A DNA stretch of 53,384 nt from a virus (taxonomy: Duplodnaviria; Caudoviricetes), in IMG/VR virus record IMGVR_UViG_3300030104_001707, positions 1 through 53,384 of that record; one strand, given 5' to 3'. Every line of letters begins with the position of its first letter. The stretch's first letter is position 1. Of this stretch, positions 1-6,748 are shown in pieces. The position numbers were made by a program, and so were the translations under genes. A model generated the notes under the pieces. It was not told the DNA's origin. It saw nothing but the letters and a program-made list of their open reading frames with translations, and ran no database searches.

Positions 1-32
1 TTTTTTTGGCTCGGCAGATATGGGGTTTTGAT
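1..32. repeat. Terminal overlap identical to 53353-53384 (circular assembly junction)
   Basis: tttttttggctcggcagatatggggttttgat occurs at both ends; minus-strand gene orientation continues across the junction. Confidence 0.9.
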
Positions 33-96
33 AGGAACGCAGTGACATGATAGATGATAGGTCGCGTAGCGACACCATGATAGAAATTTTGATAGG
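30..96. repeat. TGATAG repeat cluster with GNA-triloop mini-hairpins (copy 1)
   Basis: Several TGATAG copies; GTCGC-GTA-GCGAC hairpin at 61-74 followed by ACCATGATAGA; related element at ~2335-2379. Confidence 0.6.
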
Positions 97-123
97 ATTT
101 ATCTAAAATTTTATCTATATTTT

Positions 124-162
124 AAATAAAAAATGGCTGAACCAAAAAATGATCCAGCCATT
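124..162 (-). terminator. Putative intrinsic terminator after ORF 168-374
   Basis: aatggctg/cagccatt inverted repeat followed by a T-rich tract on the minus strand. Confidence 0.6.
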
Positions 163-167
163 CTAAT

Positions 168-374
168 TTAACTAAGTTTTATTTTGTTTTCTATTGTCTG
201 ATGTTGTTTAACTATATCTTCAAAAGGTAGACTTTCACAAATTTTTACAAGGCGATTTATCTGGCTGTCCGATAAATCCAATAGCGGTAAATGGTCTTTA
301 TCATTTCCACTATCTTTAACAATTTGTGATAAACCAGAGCGAATGTTTTGTAATCTTTGTTTTGAAATGTCCAT
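168..374 (-). CDS. Hypothetical early protein (68 aa)
   Basis: ATG with upstream AAGGGAG; terminator downstream. Confidence 0.65.
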   Translation of the reverse strand: MDISKQRLQNIRSGLSQIVKDSGNDKDHLPLLDLSDSQINRLVKICESLPFEDIVKQHQTIENKIKLS

Positions 375-477
375 GGGACAAGCTCCCTTCTTAGAGCGTT
401 TGTGAATAAATACTTTTATATATAAAACGATTGAACTGCTAAAGTTATTGCATTTAATTTATTTTTTTTCACCTCCT

Positions 478-564
478 TTAGTCGCATAATTTGTTGAGAA
501 TATAAATAAACAATCCATAAATAAATAAAGCCAATGCAAGGAAAACAATTTTTTCAAGTAGCAT
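478..564 (-). CDS. Small single-TM peptide MLLEKIVFLALALFIYGLFIYILNKLCD (28 aa; not in ORF track)
   Basis: Translated by hand; GAAGGGA upstream of ATG; overlaps the stop of the upstream gene. Confidence 0.45.
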   Translation of the reverse strand: MLLEKIVFLALALFIYGLFIYILNKLCD

Positions 565-1285
565 GTGTTGTCCCTTCTATGTTCACAATAAATTTAGATA
601 TTGACGGATCAATAGCATTGCCTACGGATTTATATTTTAATCCTACTATTTTATTTTTATGAAGTAAATTATCAATGTCGGATGCATCACCATCAACAAC
701 TTGTTTCCCCATAAAATGAGATGGGATACCGCCATAAAATACAACTGACATCGGAACATCAGTTTTTAATGCTTTACGCACTGACTGTTGATATTTTGGC
801 GCATTGGAATAGGAAAACATCAGTTCATAGTTGTCTGGCGTTTTGCCTAGTCGTTTTGCTATTTTGGTATAATCATAAAAATTAATATTAGGAAAAGATT
901 GTGGAATTGATCCATTGGTTTTTAATTCCCATTGAATATCGGAAATAGTATTTAAACGAACGTATGCTTTAACATTTTGTTTTTTGCATAGTTTTTCAAA
1001 ATTATGTAATTCATTTTTCAATTGAATTATAAAGTTTTCTTTATCATTTAAATAGAAATCAGTTTTGTTAATTCTGGCCTTTTTAACTGATTTAAAAACT
1101 TTAGCCATACCAGAGCCATTTAAACAAGGTGCTTTGCATTCTGCTATATCTTGCATAGGGCAGATTGAGGTATTAGTTGGATTTAATGACATTGAAGCCA
1201 TACGGATCTTGATCTCTGTTTTATTGGTCGCGTTTTGTGTTTTCTTAATCTTTGTGTTGCTGTTACTTGTGTCTAAAAGTTTCAT
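554..1285 (-). CDS. Phage gp88-like protein with Cys triad
   Basis: Motifs CP..x..CxxxCL, VRLNTISDI, FYDYTK, DGDASD, VGLKYK typical of the gp88 family; ATG at 1285 preferred over the track start at 1324. Confidence 0.75.
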   Translation of the reverse strand: MKLLDTSNSNTKIKKTQNATNKTEIKIRMASMSLNPTNTSICPMQDIAECKAPCLNGSGMAKVFKSVKKARINKTDFYLNDKENFIIQLKNELHNFEKLCKKQNVKAYVRLNTISDIQWELKTNGSIPQSFPNINFYDYTKIAKRLGKTPDNYELMFSYSNAPKYQQSVRKALKTDVPMSVVFYGGIPSHFMGKQVVDGDASDIDNLLHKNKIVGLKYKSVGNAIDPSISKFIVNIEGTTHAT

Positions 1286-1357
1286 GGTTTTAATCCTATA
1301 AGTTAAAGAAAAGAATAGGGCCAAGTTTCTCAGGCTCGGCCCTTGTTAGAGTTTACA

Positions 1358-1816
1358 CTAGGAAGCTAATCTTATTTTGTGTCCCTTGTCTAAAACTTTG
1401 TTTCTCAATTCACGACTAAATATTTCAGTTTGTTTAAAGTTTAACGTCAAAACTTTTTTAATTTTGTTAGCTTGTCTTAATCTTGAACGAGTACGGTTAT
1501 ATTGCTTCATTTTCTCGACTGTAACTGAAGCCGTTTTTAACTGCTGTTTCATATCAAGATAATTGAAGAAATTACCATTTAAGAAATCAAACAATTTTAA
1601 AAAGATATTCCGTTTCAAATCGGCCCGTGCTAAATACCCAAAACCGTTATTTGTTACGAATGATCCACAACCCTCATTGGAATAATAGCTATTAATTATA
1701 CAGTCGTATTTACGAACATGGAATAAATACGCATGGTTCCAAAAAACTACTGCTTTGTTTTCCCAATTGTTTTTGTGATGCTGTTTAACGTTTGATCCGA
1801 AAATATAATTACACAT
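1358..1816 (-). CDS. Hypothetical early protein (152 aa)
   Basis: ATG with AGGAAAAGG upstream; co-oriented with neighbours. Confidence 0.65.
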   Translation of the reverse strand: MCNYIFGSNVKQHHKNNWENKAVVFWNHAYLFHVRKYDCIINSYYSNEGCGSFVTNNGFGYLARADLKRNIFLKLFDFLNGNFFNYLDMKQQLKTASVTVEKMKQYNRTRSRLRQANKIKKVLTLNFKQTEIFSRELRNKVLDKGHKIRLAS

Positions 1817-1876
1817 TTTATTTTTCCTTTTTCCTAGTGTTGGGCCAGAACGGAATTGCTCTGGCCCGATTAATAG

Positions 1877-2197
1877 TTATTCTGATATTGCCTTGATTTT
1901 GCTGATGATCTGTCTACTGCAACTCTTGATAACGCTATCAAGATTTAAATGTAACTTTCTATCGCCTATGCATAAACCCTCCTCTGTTGTCTGATTGATT
2001 AAAATATAGTTTCTGTTATTCCATGCAAAATGAGTTTCTTCACAATCCTTCCATTCTGGATTAGCGATTAATTCAAAATCCCCCTCCCCTAAATGAGCAA
2101 GAAGTGCGGTAATTTTTTTGGCGTAGTTGTCGGCATCCACTTTTGAATTAAATTTTGGAAACTCAATGGTAAAATCATTTTTGCTTGTGTGTGACAT
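1877..2197 (-). CDS. Hypothetical protein, first gene of the leftward arm (106 aa)
   Basis: ATG with AGGAAAGGTG upstream. Confidence 0.7.
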   Translation of the reverse strand: MSHTSKNDFTIEFPKFNSKVDADNYAKKITALLAHLGEGDFELIANPEWKDCEETHFAWNNRNYILINQTTEEGLCIGDRKLHLNLDSVIKSCSRQIISKIKAISE

Positions 2198-2309
2198 TTT
2201 TACAACACCTTTCCTAGTGGTTTCGTTCTCTTATTCTAACATATAAAAATCATAAAAAATAAAGGTTTAATTATAGAAATAATACACGCATCACATATAA
2301 GATACACTA

Positions 2310-2330
2310 TGCAAATGAGAACCCTTCGCA
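2310..2330. promoter_or_regulatory. Fur-family-like operator TGCAAATGAGAACCCTTCGCA
   Basis: Imperfect palindrome resembling the proteobacterial Fur box (AATGAGAATCATT core); mismatches in the right half. Confidence 0.3.
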
Positions 2331-2334
2331 AAAA

Positions 2335-2379
2335 TGATAGGATATATGATAGGTGCGCAGCACACCATGATAGATTTTG
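2335..2379. repeat. TGATAG repeat cluster with GNA-triloop mini-hairpin (copy 2)
   Basis: tgataggatatatgataggtgcgcagcacaccatgatagattttg; stem GTGC-GCA-GCAC. Confidence 0.6.
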
Positions 2380-2426
2380 TTCACGTTTTGTTCTCATTAT
2401 GTTCTCTATTAGAACGAAATAGGAAC
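2379..2426. promoter_or_regulatory. Cluster of alphaproteobacterial-type LexA (SOS) boxes
   Basis: GTTC-N7-GTTC-N7-GTTC (2379-2404) and GAAC-N7-GAAC (2412-2426), all with exact 7-nt spacers. Confidence 0.75.
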
Positions 2427-2459
2427 ATATGGGGTACACAAATTTATTTGAGAGGGGAT

Positions 2460-2477
2460 ATGCAAAATCCGTGCCAA
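2460..2477 (-). promoter_or_regulatory. Sigma54 (RpoN) -24/-12 promoter
   Basis: Minus strand TTGGCACGGATTTTGCAT = TGGCACG-N4-TTGCA, exact GG-N10-GC. Confidence 0.75.
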
Positions 2478-2520
2478 TATAATTGATGCCAACTAGTATC
2501 ATATGAGCGATACCTAGGTG

Positions 2521-2538
2521 ATGCAAGAATCATGCCAA
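2521..2538 (-). promoter_or_regulatory. Second sigma54 (RpoN) -24/-12 promoter
   Basis: Minus strand TTGGCATGATTCTTGCAT, exact GG-N10-GC. Confidence 0.72.
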
Positions 2539-2643
2539 GATTCCTCAACAATAATAGATTAATTTGAATGACATTTAGTTAAAATTGTATCTACTTGGGG
2601 TATGCGGTAGCCACGGCAGCGCTATACGTTATATATACATGAC

Positions 2644-2673
2644 CATATAAAATTCTAGAAAATAGGTTGTCAA
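2644..2673 (-). promoter_or_regulatory. Possible leftward sigma70 promoter
   Basis: TTGACA-N18-TATATG on the minus strand. Confidence 0.35.
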
Positions 2674-2754
2674 CCCCTTGATAATAAATAATAATATATT
2701 TAGTACGAAAATCGGGGATATGGGTAATATCTGTACTAATATATAAAAAATAAC

Positions 2755-2783
2755 TTGACAAACGACATAATATATGCTATAAT
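2755..2783 (+). promoter_or_regulatory. Consensus sigma70 promoter for the morphogenesis arm
   Basis: TTGACA-N17-TATAAT with TG extended -10. Confidence 0.8.
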
Positions 2784-2931
2784 CTATTTCTTAGTCGAGC
2801 ATCAGCGAGACTATATACAGAGTATAATAATATATACTGTTAATTAGTATGTAAACAGGTATAATATCCGTACTATTTAATATAATACCGTATATATGTA
2901 AATATTATTTGTAAATATATGTATTTTTTAC

Positions 2932-2961
2932 TTGACAAGTGTTATGTACTTATGTTATAAT
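2932..2961 (+). promoter_or_regulatory. Second sigma70 promoter for the morphogenesis arm
   Basis: TTGACA-N18-TATAAT with TG extended -10. Confidence 0.72.
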
Positions 2962-3103
2962 ACAATTCTCGTAAAAACTGCGTATATATGATCTTTATCT
3001 TGAGGGGTATGGGTTATTATACGGCCTTCTAGGGTCCAGTGATTGCATTATAAGGGGTTGTAGGTTAGCAGTTACCTCCCCCTTAATTTTTTGAGGTGTA
3101 ATT

Positions 3104-3382
3104 ATGGCAGAAAAGAACTCTTGGGATAGTTTAAGTAAAAAAGAAAAAGAAGAATTTGGTGATAAAGCTACCTATGAAGCATTTCTTAGAGCTTTAGGAA
3201 CAATGAAATCAGAAAGTGAAGAACAAAGAAGTATGGGTGTAACTCCTGTACCAAAACCTAAACTACCAAAACCTAAACCCAAGAAAAAAGGTATAAATAT
3301 AAAAGAAGGTGGACTTGTACTAAAAGTAACAAAGAAAGGTCCATTATATAAAGGTAAGAAAAGTGGCAACAAGAAGACGTAA
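3104..3382 (+). CDS. Small Lys/Pro-rich protein with IKEGG motif
   Basis: GAGGT RBS; PKPKLPKPKPKKK tract. Confidence 0.75.
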   Translation: MAEKNSWDSLSKKEKEEFGDKATYEAFLRALGTMKSESEEQRSMGVTPVPKPKLPKPKPKKKGINIKEGGLVLKVTKKGPLYKGKKSGNKKT

Positions 3383-3596
3383 TTACCGCAAAGAGTATGA
3401 CGAGTATCATGCCAAGCCAGAACAGAAGAAGCGCAGAGCATCTCGTAATACAGCAAATAAAAGACTAAAACCACCTAAAGGAAAAGAAGTACATCATAAG
3501 AATGGGAATCCTAGAGATAATAGGCGTAGCAATCTAGCTGTAATCTCCAAAACTAAGAATAGGCGAATACAGCCTAAGAGAAAACCTAGAAGATGA
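3363..3596 (+). CDS. Small HNH endonuclease, terminase-associated position
   Basis: EVHHKNGNPRDNRRSNLAVISKTKN HNH motif; upstream of the terminase genes. Confidence 0.8.
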   Translation: MATRRRNYRKEYDEYHAKPEQKKRRASRNTANKRLKPPKGKEVHHKNGNPRDNRRSNLAVISKTKNRRIQPKRKPRR

Positions 3597-3599
3597 GAA

Positions 3600-3755
3600 A
3601 TGGAAATAGTGGAATTAGCGTCAAGCACATGGCCCATAGCTTTGGGAGTCATTACTTTAATTATAGTATTAGCTAAAATGCACTCGGATATCGAGATTAT
3701 TAAGGAAAAGGTTCGTACCCTTTTCGATTTATGGAACTCTAAAAAGGATAAATAG
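3600..3755 (+). CDS. Small membrane protein MEIVELASSTWPIALGVITLIIVLAKMHSDIEIIKEKVRTLFDLWNSKKDK (51 aa; not in ORF track)
   Basis: Translated by hand; fills the gap between the HNH gene and 3758; one TM segment plus a short helix. Confidence 0.7.
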   Translation: MEIVELASSTWPIALGVITLIIVLAKMHSDIEIIKEKVRTLFDLWNSKKDK

Positions 3756-3757
3756 TT

Positions 3758-4570
3758 ATGGCATCTAATATACAAGCAGAAATAAATAAAAGAAATAAAG
3801 GAATTTCAGACAAACTTTGGAGTTGGTTTAGTACATATATTGATAAAGTGTCTTCAGGGGGTGCAACGCGAAGAGGTAAGCCAATTTCAACCACAAAAGC
3901 TAAAGAGTTAGTAAAGAAAAGTGTAGAGAAAACAGGCTCATTAACTGATGCAAAGAAAGATCTTAAAGCAACAATAGATCCTGTTATAGAAGATTTTAAT
4001 GCGTCTGTAAAAGGAGCTAAAGCTACGGTAGCTGATAAAAAAGCTGGTAAAGAAAAATTTGTTGGCAAAATGAAAAAATCTGTTAAAGATGCAAGAAAAA
4101 AATCAGCGGAAAAAGGAATAGAAGATCTTAATAAAACTGTAACAGGAGCTAAATCTGCTGTAGCAAAAAGAAAAGATGTTGCAAAACTTGATGATGATGC
4201 AATAAAAGCAAAAAGAAGAGCAGATGCGAGAAAAGCATCAAAAAGTCAACCTGACGGTCCTAGTTCTGCACCTAAAGCATCAAAGAAAAAAGAAGGTAAA
4301 TCTGTAAAAGAGTCTTTAAAAGATCAAATTTTTAAACAGGATGTACGCAAATACGGCCCACTTACTGTAGATTCTACAGATAGAGGTATGAGTAAATTTA
4401 TGGGTACTGATGAAGAAATAGCTGAACAAGAGATGGAAGAAGAAATGAACCTCCGCAAGGGCGGTACTGCCAGAAGAAAAGCCTTTGGCAAGGGTGGTAT
4501 GTATAAAGCACCAAAGAAAACATACGGTATGAGAAAAGGCGGTTTTACTCGCAGAGGTGCATCTAGGTGA
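3758..4570 (+). CDS. Lys-rich basic protein with three C-terminal xxKGG motifs
   Basis: 270 aa ORF; LRKGG, FGKGG, MRKGG near the C-terminus. Confidence 0.8.
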   Translation: MASNIQAEINKRNKGISDKLWSWFSTYIDKVSSGGATRRGKPISTTKAKELVKKSVEKTGSLTDAKKDLKATIDPVIEDFNASVKGAKATVADKKAGKEKFVGKMKKSVKDARKKSAEKGIEDLNKTVTGAKSAVAKRKDVAKLDDDAIKAKRRADARKASKSQPDGPSSAPKASKKKEGKSVKESLKDQIFKQDVRKYGPLTVDSTDRGMSKFMGTDEEIAEQEMEEEMNLRKGGTARRKAFGKGGMYKAPKKTYGMRKGGFTRRGASR

Positions 4571-4950
4571 AATTATCTTTAACTGAAAAAGAAAGCAAGT
4601 TCCTAGACGCTTTATTTGGCGATGCTAACGGACACTTTCGTACTGCAATGGACATAGCAGGGTATTCTAAAAGCGAGTATCCTGCAAGAATAATTAAACG
4701 GCTTAAGGAGGAAATTGTAGAAAGAGCAGAATATGTTCTGGCTGCAAATGCTCCAAAGGCCGTTATGTCTATGGTAGATATAATAGATGATCCCAGTGCA
4801 TTAGGAAACAGAGAGAAACTGGCAGCATCTAAAGAAGTGCTGGACAGAGTAGGGCTGGTCCGTACTGAAAAGATAGAACACAAAGGCACTCCGTCTGCCG
4901 TAGTGGTTCTACCGCCTCTTAACAAAGACGAAGATGAAGACGAGGAATAA
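4567..4950 (+). CDS. Putative terminase small subunit
   Basis: LTEKESKFLDALFG..A...AGYS HTH-like N-terminus, LDRVGLVRTEK, VVVLPP; directly upstream of TerL. Confidence 0.7.
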   Translation: MKLSLTEKESKFLDALFGDANGHFRTAMDIAGYSKSEYPARIIKRLKEEIVERAEYVLAANAPKAVMSMVDIIDDPSALGNREKLAASKEVLDRVGLVRTEKIEHKGTPSAVVVLPPLNKDEDEDEE

Positions 4951-6748
4951 AACCAAACCGATACCAGCAGTAGGCACATTGCCGTATGGGTATGACAAGG
5001 CTGAAAGAGGACAGGATAAATCATGTTATTATCCTGATAAATTTGTACTCACTAAATTAGACGAAGCAATAGTACAAATAAGAGATGGCAGACAGCCAGT
5101 AAGAAAGGTTGCAGGATGGCTAGAGAATGAAACCGATCGTAGGCTATCCGCAACGAGACTTCATAAACTTGCGTGGACTAAAGAGGAGCTTGAGTCGCGT
5201 AGAGAAGAGCGAGAAGCCAACCTCACCAAACAGCAAAAACAGGTCAGTAGGCTCAAAAATACTGTTAAGCAGACAACAATCAAAGCTGAACAGGCAAAGC
5301 GAAGACTCAAGAAAGCACTTAATAAACCTGATCGTGTAGAGAAAGAGAATATAGAGTTTCCTGTAGAAGAGACAGAAGTAAAACAGGAAATTGCTTTTAA
5401 GCCGAATCCAGGTCCACAGACAGAGTTTCTATCTGCTGGAGAACGAGAAGTATTTTATGGTGGAGCAAGAGGTGGAGGTAAAACCTATAGTCTCTTAATT
5501 GCACCATTAAGGTTTGCACATAAGCCTACACACAGAGCATTATTATTGCGTAGGTCAATGCCAGAACTTAGGGATGTTATCTTTCAGACACAACAGATAT
5601 ACCCAAAGGCATTTAAAGGTGCAAAGTTTAAGACACAGGAAAACACTTGGCACTTTCCAAGTGGAGCTAGAATAGAGTTTGGATATGCAGAGAATTTACA
5701 AGATGCCCTCAGATATCAAGGTCAATCCTATACATGGATCGGTGTGGACGAGCTTCCGCAATATCCTAACGCAGATATATGGCATTTTCTACGGTCATCG
5801 TTAAGAACTGTAGATACAAGCATACCTCTTCAGATGAGGGCAACAGGAAACCCAGGAAACGTAGGATCGGCTTGGGTTAAGAAGATGTTTATAGATCCTG
5901 CACCGCAAGGCAAAAGATTTGTAGAAGAAGTCCGTTTTACTGCGAACGGTGAAGAAATAATATCTGGTATTAGCCGTAAGTTTATAGCAGCGTCAGTATG
6001 GGATAATCCGTACTTGACACAAGACCATAGTTATGTATCAATGTTGGGGTCACTTCCTGAAGCAAAACGCCAACAGTTTTTATATGGGAATTGGGATGTT
6101 GTCGAGGATGGAGCGTTTCCAGAATTTGATAAAGAAGTTCACGTTGTCGAATCTTTTAAGATTCCTTCAGGATGGACAAAAGTCAGATCTTGCGATTTTG
6201 GCTATTCTAGTCATTCTGCTGTGCTTTGGGGAGCTATTGATTATGATGATGTACTATGGATTTATAGGGAGTTATATGTTAATCAACTGACAGCAGACAA
6301 ATTAGCATGGGCTATACTGGATGCAGAAGAAGATGACGGTAAGATATATGATGCAGTACTAGACTCCTCATGTTGGGCAAAGCGAGGAGATGTAGGTCCA
6401 TCCATAGCAGAGACACTAAACAGAGAAGGATGCAGGTTCAGACCTTCTGACAGATCTCCAGGATCTAGGGTTGCTGGTAAAATAGAAATGCATAAAAGAC
6501 TGCAAATAGATGAAGAAACAGAAGAACCAAAATTAATAATACTAAGTAACTGCCGTAACTTAATTAGTCAGTTACCTGCATTACCTTTAGATAAACGAAA
6601 TCCAGAAGACGTAGATACAAAGTCTGAGGATCACTTGTACGATGCATTAAGATATATGGTAATGTCAAGACCAATGAATAAATTTTCAGCATGGGAACAT
6701 ATTCCAAAACAACGCTGGAAACCTTCAGATAATATGTTTGGATATTAA
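4934..6748 (+). CDS. terL: Terminase large subunit with an N-terminal ~150 aa extra domain
   Basis: Walker A YGGARGGGKT, Walker B IGVDE, ATGNPG coupling motif, nuclease DFGY and EDHLYDALRY. Confidence 0.95.
   Translation: MKTRNKTKPIPAVGTLPYGYDKAERGQDKSCYYPDKFVLTKLDEAIVQIRDGRQPVRKVAGWLENETDRRLSATRLHKLAWTKEELESRREEREANLTKQQKQVSRLKNTVKQTTIKAEQAKRRLKKALNKPDRVEKENIEFPVEETEVKQEIAFKPNPGPQTEFLSAGEREVFYGGARGGGKTYSLLIAPLRFAHKPTHRALLLRRSMPELRDVIFQTQQIYPKAFKGAKFKTQENTWHFPSGARIEFGYAENLQDALRYQGQSYTWIGVDELPQYPNADIWHFLRSSLRTVDTSIPLQMRATGNPGNVGSAWVKKMFIDPAPQGKRFVEEVRFTANGEEIISGISRKFIAASVWDNPYLTQDHSYVSMLGSLPEAKRQQFLYGNWDVVEDGAFPEFDKEVHVVESFKIPSGWTKVRSCDFGYSSHSAVLWGAIDYDDVLWIYRELYVNQLTADKLAWAILDAEEDDGKIYDAVLDSSCWAKRGDVGPSIAETLNREGCRFRPSDRSPGSRVAGKIEMHKRLQIDEETEEPKLIILSNCRNLISQLPALPLDKRNPEDVDTKSEDHLYDALRYMVMSRPMNKFSAWEHIPKQRWKPSDNMFGY

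Noticed and set aside
1-32. 32-nt end identity as a biological direct terminal repeat
   Set aside because: The length is k-mer-like and it falls inside a co-oriented gene arm; more likely a circular-assembly overlap. True termini cannot be determined without reads.
2427-2458. Sigma32 promoter on the minus strand
   Set aside because: CCCCATAT is present but the -35 region (CTCAAA) is a poor match
2475-2492. Third complete sigma54 promoter
   Set aside because: Has TTGGCAT (-24) but lacks GC at -12; counted only as a half-site
2236-2526. 96-aa minus-strand ORF in the control region
   Set aside because: Non-ATG start, no RBS, implausible composition, and it overlaps the regulatory motif array
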